Shown: one piece after another, positions 1 to 11,900 of the stretch | How the letters are laid out: the number at the start of each line of letters is the position of its first letter | How positions within the stretch are numbered: the first letter of the stretch is position 1 | Assembly (NCBI RefSeq): GCF_000143415.4 | Contig: NW_003314307.1 | Span: 910,952-974,951, forward strand | DNA length: 64,000 nt | Source: Selaginella moellendorffii | Taxonomy: Eukaryota > Plantae > Lycopodiophyta | Direction: 5' to 3' | The notes under the pieces: generated by a model | The model's input: only the letters and a program-made list of their open reading frames with translations | Databases searched by the model: none | Told to the model about the DNA's origin: nothing | Made by a program: the position numbers and the translations under genes

Positions 1-652
1 GGTTGGTGTTTGGTGGAGATCCTATTTTCGAGGTGCAAGCCTTTGCTCGAATACTGGGAGAAGATTATATCTGCTATCCAAAATGGGCCGGTTGTATATG
101 AAGAATTGGAAGAGTCCTTTTGGCCAGAACCCAGAGCACCAGATAGTAGCGGAACAATGTCCTCTGGAAATGCAGTGACAGATAACGATGTTGAGGATCA
201 CTATTGTGGGCCGAGGAACAAGAAGCCGGATTCAGCATTCAATCCAGTACAGGTCTGCAAAGGAATGGTCATGCTTGTCAGACCCAGTAATAAAAAACAA
301 ATGATATGGGTGGGGCGCTGCATCACTGATGCAGAGGAGGACGCGGAAACTAACTCCTTCAATGTAACTGTGGAGTGGTTCAAGCCAAGTTCCGGATATA
401 CGAACGATTGCCTAGAAAAGAGATGGGTGCTGAATCCAAGGGATCCCAGCATGAGCATATCGGTGGATAATGTTGTGCATGGTTGGATGCGGAAGCAGAG
501 TGCCACCATCACCTTGCCAGACCATGCAAGAGATGCAGCAAGAGCATTCATAACCCGGGTTCAAGGTGAGATTCATGAATATTCCTTTACTAAGTTTCTA
601 ATGTATTTTATTTCAAGGTGAACAATCCGAATCTGAATCAGAGGAGGCGTGA
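1..652 (+). CDS. 3' end of an unknown, possibly transposon-associated gene (exon <1..565, 52-nt intron, last exon 618..652)
   Basis: Open frame from the window edge (ORF 10..621). Donor CAAG|GTGAG at 565/566 and acceptor TTTCAAG at 617 give ...RVQGEQSESESEEA*. The segment MVMLVRP..IWVGRC..VTVEWFKP looks like a BAH/Tudor-type module. No family assignment is possible by eye. Confidence 0.45.
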
Positions 653-2022
653 TGGCATGTGGCCTTACGCCATTCCTAGGTGAGATGATACAAATAACAA
701 GTATAAATTCTTAGTTGTTCTAGCAAATCTTACTTAAAGTTCAAGGTGAACAAGCCGAATATGAATTCATCGGATTGTTATAACAAATTGCGAGGTGATG
801 GCATGAGGCGATACGCCATTTGAGAGTGGTAGCCATTCCTATATGAGGTGAGTGAAGTATTTATTAGAAATACCTCATTCAATTGTGCACTTTTAAGTCT
901 TGGTCCACTTAGTACTGTTTGCATGTTTTTATTTTAATTCTTTCTCTAAAATGTTATTTAGCATGTGGCTTCATGCCATTGCTCTCCACAATCATGCATT
1001 GAATTTATATCCTTGCATAATACTTCTCCATATATATAGCATGTGCGCACATGTGATATGGTTCATTAGGCCTGATATAGTGTGTGAGGTAAAACAAAGA
1101 TGATGTGACATATGCATTTACCAATCACACGTGCATAAATCTAATAATATGGCGTGTGGCCCATATTAATGGCACATAAACCCATATTGTGGGCTTACGT
1201 GCTTTATGTACCATCATTCCCTTGCAGCCTGTGTGTTGGTTTCCTTTTATAACACAACGAACTCCATATTTTAGGGTGAAGAGCGTTCTCATGGCAAGCA
1301 CAAAATCTGTAAGTGAGGCAGAAAAGGAGACGGAGAAGGAGATAGGTGAAGATATAGAATATATAAGTCTTCCAAACTCCCCGTACTATACTCCAGGTGA
1401 TCATTTTTTTGAACAAACGGCAACATTAACAACTATCGAGAACGCCCCAGTAACGTCAGAGACAACAATCCAAAGCAAAACAACTGACCCGGAGAAGGAT
1501 GATAGTACCGCTGAGAGTACCAAAAAGGAGGTGTCCACTAGCGCTTAGGCTTATAATGGCGTGTGCCCTCATGCCATTTACTTGATCACCAAATACCTTT
1601 TTCCCTTTGCACTAGTATATCTTAATACCGGTCTGAGAAATAGAATGGCATGTGCCCTCAGGCCTTTTACTAAATCACCTTTGAAAGAAATGCAAGCCTC
1701 TATGTCGTAAAAAAAAGGTACTAGAGAAATTCCTTAATAATATGAATGTTATTTAGTTTCATGAAAATACACTAAGGGTCAAATGAGTTAAATGACTTCT
1801 CCAGACTAGCAATGCCTCTTGCTACACCTTCACAATTAGATTCGTTAGAAAAAGATAACATTGAATAATATCTAAATGTTCTCACCATTAAGTTATATGT
1901 CTGGCTAATAGGAATGACGTTCATCTTGGAAAGCTCACCACACGCTCAATGAACAAACAAATAGTGTGTGCGCGTATGCCATCGCTCTTCTTTAGCTTCA
2001 GATTCAGCTTGTTCACCTTGAC
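612..2022. repeat. Dispersed ~22-bp imperfect palindromes (ATGGCRTG-N6-YRYGCCAT) and a ~65-bp module in three copies
   Basis: Palindromes near 652, 798, 959, 1149, 1555, 1644 and 1962. The module TTCAAGGTGAACAA..GAATCTGAA..GATGGCAT occurs at 612 and 740, and inverted at ~1965-2022. Confidence 0.7.
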
Positions 2023-2205
2023 AATGAGATTTATTATACAACCAGATGGACTCAGTCTGGACATAAAGTCACCGCGCTAGTCACCATGCCCCAGATATGT
2101 CTAGCCCCTGGACAAAAAACATATAATTTCACGTCATTTTCAAATACTTGAAAATTTGTACCTAGTCCCATTTTACTGAATAAATCCCACTTAACGAAAT
2201 AGAGC

Positions 2206-5200
2206 ATATGAAGCGTTTTAACCGTTGCATATACACAATTTTTGGAAGATTTGCCTATTGGATGTCATGCCAAACCTCATAAACTTGTGGTCCAACTTGC
2301 CGCAACACTCAATATGGTCTTTTCCACTGAGCAAGGACCCCTTTAGATAAACCACATATTGTAAGATGGGGAAAATGGACTAACACTATGTCATTCATTT
2401 TGTACTCTGCATGCGGATGATGATGGGACTTGTAGCACTATTGTTATCCCACTTGTATATGGCTTAAGTGTTTGGCAGACTTTACTCGAACAAATGGAAG
2501 AATGCTCGTCAAATACTAATCCCACAACCTAGCATAGGCAGCTTGTGACAATTGCAAAGGTAAACCCAGCTCTGTTGGTAATATTAGATCATGACCACAT
2601 AAAAGTTTATATAATGAAGTAACAATAGAACTCTACACCCCTGTGACATATGCATACCAAAGAAAAGGTAAATAACCATCCCAATTTCAATGTTGAAAGT
2701 TCACGTACTTTGCAATCATCCCTTTGAACGTCCGAACGAGCCGTTCCACCAAACCGTTTAATTATGGATAATAAGCATTCGTGAAAGTGTGGTGTATCCC
2801 AAATTGAGATGTTAAAACATGAAATGCCTCAGCTATAAATACGGGACCATTTTCCGAAAAAATCCGCTTTGGATAAGAATGCTAGAACACCACTAAATTG
2901 AGGAGGAAGTATTCAATAACAGTTGCAAAGGCGCTAGCAAGAGCACCAACTTCCACCTAATGAGTCAAGTAGTTAGAAGCAATAATAACATACTCATTGT
3001 CAATAATTGATTGTAGAAAAGATCTTATAAGATCAAATGCCACCAACTTAAACAAACGAGAAACTACAATTGACTCCAATTATCTTTCCAAGGCACGAGG
3101 GAGAGTATTATGGGCTTGGCACCAAATGTAACTACACACATATCGGATAATGTCACGTTACATCTTCGGCCAATAGAAAGACCTGTGCAACTTTTCAATC
3201 ACACAACAATATCCCATATGCTTGTCTAGAACAGGAGAATCATGGTAGGTATGGGGAAACTATAGAATAAAGACAGAAGGCACCACCAGCTGTAAAGGAT
3301 TATTAGGATTTGTCCCCACAAAATAAAGAAGGCCATCTTCAAAGCAATATTGAGAATGTAAATGCTAAAATGGCAAGTTATCAGCAAGTGATGCAAAATT
3401 CTCAAACCCATCTTAAAGCATTTGAATCCACAGCTCAATCTTTTGAGCCTTACGAACCTCATCAAGAGAAGGTAAATCTTGTTCTACACCTTGTGGATAT
3501 TGAATGTCAAGTACAGCAATTGCCGACGGCACAAAATCCTCGTATAGAAAATTCACAAATGTTGGAATAACAGGCTTGTTAGAAACATGAGAAGAAAGAG
3601 AAGAAGGAAGAAGAGCTCAAGAAAGGGCATCAACATTAGCCATAGAATTCCCTAGGTGATGAACAACATCAAAATCAAATATCTGAAGCTTCAAAGCCCA
3701 CCAAGAAGTATGATCAACCAGGTTCTTTCGCTTCAATAATGAAGGAACGGCAGCATGATCACCTTCAAGTAACATTCGAGAACCATATAAATATGCATGA
3801 AGTTTCTCGAAACCCTACACTGCTGCTAAACACTCTTTCTCTGTCGTGGAGTAGTTCACCTCTACTAGTTGTAATGTACGGCTTATATATACAATGGGAT
3901 GGCGCTGACCAAGCACACTTAAGCTCTTTTGCATCAACACACTTTTAAGACTAATATCAAAAACATCCACACGCAAAATAAAAGGTCGAGTGTAGTCAGG
4001 ATATGCCAAAACTGGAGGAGTTGTCAATATCTCTTTGAGATCCACATACGCTTGCTCACAATCCGAAGACTAGATGAAAGATGACATTGATAACTTCAAC
4101 AATGTTCACAATGGTGTAGTGCAATCAAAAAGATGATCCACAAAACGACTGAGATACTACACCTTGCCCAAAAAGCGCTGCATCATTCACACACTTTGGA
4201 GTAGGGAATTTTAGGATAGCCACAAGTTTTTCATGATCAACTTGCAAACCCTCACGAGAAATATGGTACCCAAGATAAGTCGTGTCTTTGGACCCAAACA
4301 CGCACTTCGACCGCTTCAGCTTTAAACCAACATCCCATAGTTGATCCAACACTTTACAAACATCATGAATGTGCTCCTCCCACGTCCCCTCCAAGTGGAT
4401 CAAAACATCATCAATGAAGTGAGTAGTTATCTCCAACATATCACAAAGAACCTTATCCATCATCCACTAAAAAGTTGCAAGAGCATTGTTCAAACCAAAC
4501 GGCATCACCAAGAACTCGTACAAATCAAATAGTGTACAAAAAGTAGTTTTAGGAATATTTTCTTCGGCCATTAGTACTTGCTAATAACTAAAAGTATGAT
4601 CTAGCTTGGTGAACCAATAACTTCGCCCCAGACAATCCAAAAGATCAGCCATGGGGGGGACAAAAGAAATGGAAACAAAGGTAGAAGTAGAGGGACAAAG
4701 AGTACAGAAGTGAGAGGAATTGATAAAATATAAAGAAATATGAGATAAGGGGAAAAAGCCTCAAAGTCACACTTGGCATGATTGCGTTGCAATCAATCTA
4801 TACCAAGGATGAAGTCAAAAGCTTGATTTGGCACCACCTGCAATGATTGCAACCCATGCTTGAGATCACCCACATGCATAACTAGGTCCACCTCATCCCG
4901 TGCACATGCATATGTATGGCCGTTGCTATAAACAATGAAAATTGGCTCCACTACATGACGCAAGTGTAAATGGTAACATGTGGCAATAGGTCAAGCAATA
5001 GAAGATAAACTTGAACCTATATCAACCAACTTAGAGAGAATAATAGGAGATTGCTTGTTATAAAAATAAGCTTGGAAAGTAAACACTGGATGAATTGGTG
5101 CTGAATGAACCTTTTGATGATACTTCCGAAAGAAATATAAAGGGGTCACTAATTTATTCATGTAAGGTCCCTCTATTACTTGTGTAACTCCTTGTTTCCC

Positions 5201-6492
5201 AGATGCATCTCAGTGTCCAAACCTTCTATTACAGCAGCACCAATAAGATGTTGTTAACGCCAAGGTGTCCACTCAGGAAATGGTGGCCACCAATTTGGAA
5301 AACACCGACAACGCTGATAAGTGTGACCAACTTCATCACACGCCCAACAACAAATACTACGGCCTCGCCTTTATCCTTGGATTTGAACAGTAGCAGCATC
5401 AACTTCCATTGGAACAAGACCATCACCCATAGAAAGTGAAGCTGAAGGATATGAAGTGAGAAGTGGAAGAGGCGACGTTTTATAATGTTGTGCCAAGCGA
5501 AGAGCATTATCAAGGGTGGCGGGAGCAAGTGCATGCATAAGTCTGACAAAATCTTGATGAAGTGCTGGCCACAACATTCCTAACTTGATCCGCTTCAACA
5601 TATTTGGCTCCGCACGAAGTAAGAGGCTTCGGAAACGAATGCTAAATTGCATCACCAACTCAGATGGCCCTTAACAAAGACGATGCAATTGTTAGAAAGT
5701 ATCATCACAATCGTCAGCATGTTCGAATGTGTGTTTAAAGACGTCTGGGAGAATATTTCAATCCCCACAAGTGGCTGTGTTCAAACCATTATACCACTGC
5801 AATGCCATCCCTTAGAGACATGTAGAAAACTCACGCAAACGTCAAACATCATCCCAAGAATGATATATGGCAATCACCGTGAAATGATCGAACCAATGGT
5901 ACATATCATCCCTAGGATTCCCACGAAAAAACTCTGGCTGAATACAAGGATTGGCACTAAAAACAAAAGGAGTTGTACTACATGCCATGAATGCCACCAT
6001 TAACTGAGTTTGGTTGTTCAATTGCAATCGCATAGCATCAACCAACTGTACTAACTGCTATTCCAGAGTCAAAAGAGGAGATTGCTAATCTACCATAAAA
6101 ATGAACGAAAAGGAAAAAGCAAAAGAAGAGAGATGAAAAAAGGCTAGAAAGAAAGGAAGATCTAGACAATGCAAAAAGCTAGATCTTGAAAGGAAAGAAT
6201 AAAAGAAAGGAAATGAAAAAGTTAGATCTAGATGATGCAAAAGTTATATCTAAACCAAAAATCCCAAATTTGAACACTCCTCAAGGACAATCAAAGATGC
6301 CCCTCATCTCCACCAATGTGAGTGCATGAAATATAAAAAGGGAATATAGAAAATGTGCATATTAATTAACCCAAAAACCCTAATTTATATACAAGAGCAA
6401 GTGGTCTGGATTGAAACCAATCTGACAGCTACCAAAATCCCACTATACTAATATTAATATACGGCATCGTAGCCGTACACTTGGACCTCACA
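2206..6492 (-). mobile_element. Degenerate Ty3/Gypsy retrotransposon, copy 1 (5' LTR 6317..6492, 3' LTR missing)
   Basis: LTR runs TGTGAG...CTCACA. PBS TGGTGGAGATGAGG is adjacent. Contains gag remnant (PEFFRGNPRDD..WF), RT (FIDDVLI), RNase H (PFILRVD, NYSTTEKECLA) and integrase remnants. Many stops; part of RT is deleted near 4650. Confidence 0.9.
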
Positions 6493-7387
6493 AGATCTAG
6501 ATATTATTTAAATTACTATTTTGTTTATAATACCTGTTTGCCACTAAAACATTAATAAAATATTCTTTAGTGTACCAAAATATTTTTAAAATATTCTAAA
6601 TGACTCCTTTTGTTGACTTGGCTCTCTTTATTACCAGATCCGCTTGAAAGTACATTAAGTTGTACATTCTTGAGGTCAATAGGAAGGCATTGATTTCCTT
6701 GTTACAACTTACAAGTTCTAAAGGCATTACTTTGGTTTTTATACAAGATCCAGGTAGGCAACATGCTTAGAAGACAAGGAATGAAGAGAGGCCACCTTGA
6801 AACAAAATCCATCACCTAGTAAGCTTTTAATAATTAGTTTTTTTGAATTGATCAAGTGTGCCCAATATCTCTATTTGTTTGTTCAGAGGCTATGAGAGAC
6901 CAAAAGCAAATGCATTTAAACTTTGAAAGAATGTAAAGGTAATGTTTCCAATTTTAAAAAAATTTTAAGAAAAAAAAGTTACTCATTATAAAAGACTTTT
7001 AGCTATACAATTATGTAGCTAAATATGTTTACTAGCAAACCAAAATACCAAATAATATTAGTGTTTATACAATTTGATTGCTACTGAACATCATATAATT
7101 GATTTACATTCTGTTGGTTTTACCAATTTCTTTACTCATCCTCTTGAATAACACTCTCTTTTCGTCCTCCCTTGTGAATACTATTACTATTATATAAGCA
7201 TTAGTAACATTCTTCATGGTTGCCTGCAGATGCAGATGCTTGCCTATAGAAACCTGCTGGAGATGGTGGTCTTTCCAAAGCTCATCACTCAAAAGGCTCT
7301 TGAAATGCAACAAAAGATGCCAGAATCTCCAAGGATGAGTAATAGAATGGTGAAGAGAAAAGATTAGCATTTTTGTTTCTTTGCTAA

Positions 7388-7460
7388 GGGGATGTAGCTC
7401 AGATGGTAGAGCACTTGCTTAGCATGTGAGAGGCACCAGGATCGATACCCAGCATCTCCA
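7388..7460 (+). pseudogene. tRNA-Ala(AGC) pseudogene
   Basis: 73 nt: GGGGATGTAGCTCAGATGGTAGAGC...TT AGC AT...GGATCGATACCCAGCATCTCCA. It matches plant tRNA-Ala(AGC) but has two T-stem mismatches and two G-U pairs in the anticodon stem. No oligo-T terminator follows directly. Confidence 0.85.
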
Positions 7461-8050
7461 AATATGTTCAATTATTTGATTGTTCTAGGCATTTTGAGCG
7501 ATTTTACTGGTGTTGACCTTTGGGGGAGCTATGGATGGATGTTGCACTGTGAGACCATCAAAACAGCAATGGATAGACATTTATTTTGTGTTTCTTTTTC
7601 CCACTTTTTTGCAAAAGGAAGTAGTTTGTGCACGCTGATGGCTTGTGTCTCCATGAGCTCCATGACTTGCATTCAATGAGTGCCAAGTTTTCAGAGGTTT
7701 GAAAAACACGTAAAAAAGTTTCATTCACTACTTTAGAATTAAATTGCCATCAAATTAAAATTGTTTTCACTTTTGGAAATATTTGTACCTAGAGCATTTC
7801 GTGATTGTGAGATTAAATCGCTATTCACATCTAGGTTTGGGCTCTTTGGCATGCTCAAGCCCGATGGCACCCTTGCTGACAATCCACAGCGTCACCAGCT
7901 CTCGAGTCCACTCGTTTTTTTTTTCACAAAGCCAAAAGTACCTCTTTATTTTTTCTAAGTCAAGGGTTAGGTTATAATCTTTCTCGCTTGGATTTTTCTA
8001 TTGTAGAAGCTCTCGTCAGGTAAGCTGGCTCTCGCGCTCACACCGCCCCA

Positions 8051-8782
8051 ATGCTTGTCCGCCGAGCTCAAGCGCCCTGGCATGGCGGCCATCACCGAGC
8101 TTCACACCCGCGAGCTCCAGCTCTAGCTCCAGCACATCCAGCACACCACCATGGACACCAAGGCCACGAGCCAGCGCCAGCTTTAGCTCCAGTTCTTCAA
8201 GGTGATGCTCCAGATCGAGCCCCAGTGCCAGCTGCTTTCGTTCACCCTGCTCACGGCTACCCTGCTCATCTAGCTCCAGCGCCTGCTATCCTCGATCATG
8301 CTCGCCACCACCATCCAGCTCCAGCAGCAGCAGTGTACCATCATCATCACGGTGATGGAGCTCCTCTGGTTGTTCACCACCATCACCATGGTCACCACCA
8401 TGGAGGACGCCACAACCACCACCACCACCACCACCACCATCGTCGTCGCGACGGTCACGACGCAGCAGTGGCCACACCAACACCCGCAGCAGTAGTTACA
8501 GTGGTTCGGAGGACGCCGTGGTCGCTGCTCCAGTTTCTTCTCTGGGTTTTGGTTGCGATCTTGGTGCTGCTCGCGTGCTTTTTGCTCGTGCGATGGATGT
8601 TATCTCGAAGGAAGCAGCGCAGTAATGTGATCTTTCAGGATCCCGGGTGGCAGATCGAAGTTGTGGTGGACGATCCTCCGACTGAGAAGAAACAGCTGGA
8701 AGCTCACACTCGTGGTTCGCACAGCAATGGCACTCTAGGATTCTCCTCAAAGTGTCCTGCCAACACTGGCAGTGACGCGTAA
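8051..8782 (+). CDS. His/Pro/Ala-rich protein with one predicted transmembrane helix (243 aa), function unknown
   Basis: APALAPA repeats, poly-His tracts, hydrophobic WSLLQFLLWVLVAILVLLACFLLV followed by basic RRKQR. The frame is intact in both duplicates. Confidence 0.55.
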   Translation: MLVRRAQAPWHGGHHRASHPRAPALAPAHPAHHHGHQGHEPAPALAPVLQGDAPDRAPVPAAFVHPAHGYPAHLAPAPAILDHARHHHPAPAAAVYHHHHGDGAPLVVHHHHHGHHHGGRHNHHHHHHHHRRRDGHDAAVATPTPAAVVTVVRRTPWSLLQFLLWVLVAILVLLACFLLVRWMLSRRKQRSNVIFQDPGWQIEVVVDDPPTEKKQLEAHTRGSHSNGTLGFSSKCPANTGSDA

Positions 8783-8925
8783 CTCAGCACAGTGCATGCG
8801 TTGTCACATGGAAGATTGTGTACAAACAATCTTCAAGGAGATGAAGTTGCAGAGCAAGAAGATAGCAGGCTCTTGCTCACGGACAGTGAAGATCACATAC
8901 GAGGGTCAACTACCAGACTTGGAAG

Positions 8926-11900
8926 TATTGAGGGAATATTCGTGATTCCCTCTTAGGTCAAGTTGACCGTCGTGTCTGTTCAGTTCTTATAGTCAATAAG
9001 AGAGACGCCCGGCAGGCCCCGGGCGTAGCGCCAGCAGCGGCTGGCATTCCAGAGTACATTCGTGATTTCTATCCCGAATATGGTATCGGAGCAGGATCAC
9101 GTCCCACTCTGAAAAAGAAAGATGGCACCCTCATCTTCCTTAACCTTGGAAGTGTACGATGGCAAGGATTTCCAGTCATGGAAAACTCAGATGCTATTTT
9201 ACTTCATGGAAAAGGATCTCTGGAGCGTGATCGAGAGCAGCCTCAAGCCAGAGGACGATGCAGATGAGAAAAAGGAATGGGACGCCAAGAATAACAAAGC
9301 TTTAGGGGTCCTGGGACGAGGCCTCGGAAAGAAATATCGAAGCTACCTTGACATTGACAAGACGGCGAAGGAAAACTGGGATGCTGTGTGTGCGATCCTT
9401 GGTACAACAACCAGAGCAAGGTTGTTGGAACTAAAATTACAGCTGAACAGCCGTAAACAGGGGGAGGCAGAATCCGTAAGTGATTTTGCCAGTGCTCTTG
9501 TAGACATCGCCAAGCAGATCGATGCAGTTCAAATGAAGGACTTCGATGAAGATGAGCTGATCACAGCTTTCTTCAAGGGGCTTAGCGGACCAATGCAACT
9601 CGCAGGGTCGCATCATTTAAGTTCCAGTAACACTTTCAGCCAGATCGTAGCCGACCTCACAGCGTTGGAGGGTTTTCTCAAGTCAGGGCAAGCGAGCTCA
9701 AATGAGAAAGAATTGGCACTCTTCGCAGGAAAGGGGAAACGATCTGTCACAGTGTGGGACAGACTAGGACCAACGAACGATCAGGGCGAGAGCAGCAAAC
9801 CAGAAAAGTTCAAGAAGAAAAAGAAGAATGATCGCTGTAACATTTGCAAGAAACCAGGGCACTGGGCACGAGATTGCACAGACGAAGAGGCCAAGAAAGC
9901 TAAGGAGGCTCGAAAAGCTGAGGCAAAGAGACTGGCAGCAAGAAAGAACAAGTCAGCCAACTTTGCCAGGACAGCAGAAAGTAGTGAGGAAGACAACCAG
10001 GAGGATGTGGACGACCATGGCAGCTTGTTCATGGCCACTAGTATCCAGCAGGTTGCGAAGAACACTCTTGGCACAGAAGCAGAAGTGGTGTACCTTGATT
10101 CTGGGGCAAACAAACACATGACACACCTCAGGAAATTTTTCACCACGTTGAAGAAGGTCCCAGGAAATAAGCGAATTTTTCTTGGCGACGACTACTCATA
10201 CAAGGTGGAGGGTGTTGGGACGATCGACATCAAGCTGCCAACAGGACAGATTGCCAGCGTGAAGAATGTTTACTATGTTCCTGGAGTGAACAAGACACTC
10301 TTCTCAGTGGGAAAGATTGCTGATCGTGATCTGGAGATCACATTCACAAAAAAGATGTGTGCAATCACAGACGTGAATGGAAATGGAATAGCTTGTGGGA
10401 GCAGACAGGCCGGTCTCTATCAACTTAATGCTGAGGTGGTGCAGCCAGTAAAAGCTTTTTTTGCTGGGACGAAAAAAGCAGCGGACCTCCAGATATGGCA
10501 CAGGAGACTCGGCCACACCAACCTACAGGACATCAAAGAACTAGCGGCAAAAGAGATGGTAAAAGGTTTGAGCATCACTTCATCAAGTGCGATGAAGTTT
10601 TGCGAGCCGTGTGCACTCGGTAAACATCACCGGCTCCCTTTTCCACAGATAGCCACTAATCGTGCTAAAGAACCTCTAGCACTGATTCATTCTGATCTCT
10701 CTGGCAATATGCCCACACTTTCCAGAGACAAGAAGCTATACTTCGTGACCTTCATAGACGACTACTCACGAATCGTAGCAGTGAAGTTCCTCCAGCTCAA
10801 GTCAGAAGCCTTCCAGAAATTCAAGGAATACAAGGCTCAGGTGGAGTTGCAGACAGGAAAGAGAATCAAAATGCTAAGAAGTGATGGAGGTGGGGAGTAT
10901 ACATCCAAGGAATTTGCCAGTTTTTGTATTTCCTCTGGAATACAGCGGCAATTTTCAATCCCTGACACACAGCAGCAGAACGGTGTAGCAGAGCGAATGA
11001 ATCGCACACTTCAGGAGGCAGCACGGACTCTCTTGCGAGACTCTGGCTTACCAAACTCGTTTTGGTGTGAGGCCATCGCAACGGCGGCATACTTGCGTAA
11101 CCGCCAGCTCACAGCAGCTGTATCAGGGAAGACCCCATATGAAGCGTGGTATGGTGTAAAACCAGATGTGAGCCATCTACGTGTTTTTGGAAGCATTTGC
11201 TATGCGCATGTGCTGAAAAAGCACAGAGATAAACTCGCAAGCACAAGTCAAAAGTGTGTCCTTGTTGGATACGCAGACACAATGAAGGGCTATAAGCTCT
11301 TCAACCTCGAAACTCAGAAAATGATCGTGAGCAGGGACGTCATTTTTGAGGAGTCCAGGACGTATGCGACAAGAAATCTTCTGCCACCGCCACAGTTTTC
11401 TCCCACGGAAGTAGCTGCAGATGACTCGGAAGAAAGTGAAAACGAATTTCCAGTTAGGGCACGCGCAATCACACGAGGCAGAGCTGAAGGAACGAATTTC
11501 CAGTTAGGGCACGCGCAATCACACGAGGCAGAGCTGAAGGAGCCGGCCAGGGGAATGGAAGCGGCGACCAGGATGATCCAGGAGGCAACGAGGACGGTGC
11601 AGAGAGCGTGGATGGTGCTGGAGGCGATCCAAATGGAGGTGAGGGCTTGCTCCCTGAAGCTGAAGGCTTGCCACTCGACACAGCAGGCGTTGGAACCAGT
11701 GGGAGCGCTAGAACAGCAAACCCAGTCAGCGGCGAGGAAGACCACGGTGGTGAGCGCACTGTTGGCAGGACCAGGGCTGAAAATAGTGAGGGCAGTTTGA
11801 GACGTTCTGGCCGTGAGCGCGCACTCACAGAGGCTGGGCGTCAATACAGGGAGCAGCTGGACATACAAGCAGCTAAGCGGGCTTCTCGGCAAGAAACCAA

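Noticed and set aside
1189-1548. 119-aa acidic/Thr-rich ORF
   Set aside because: No recognisable domain. It may be an exon of the upstream element but cannot be supported.
612-2022. CRISPR-like reading of the palindrome array
   Set aside because: Repeats are degenerate and irregularly spaced, there are no cas genes, and the context is a plant nuclear genome.
11608-11800. Programmed ribosomal frameshift between Copia ORFs
   Set aside because: The frame change is fully explained by the 50-bp tandem duplication, and Copia elements normally use one ORF.
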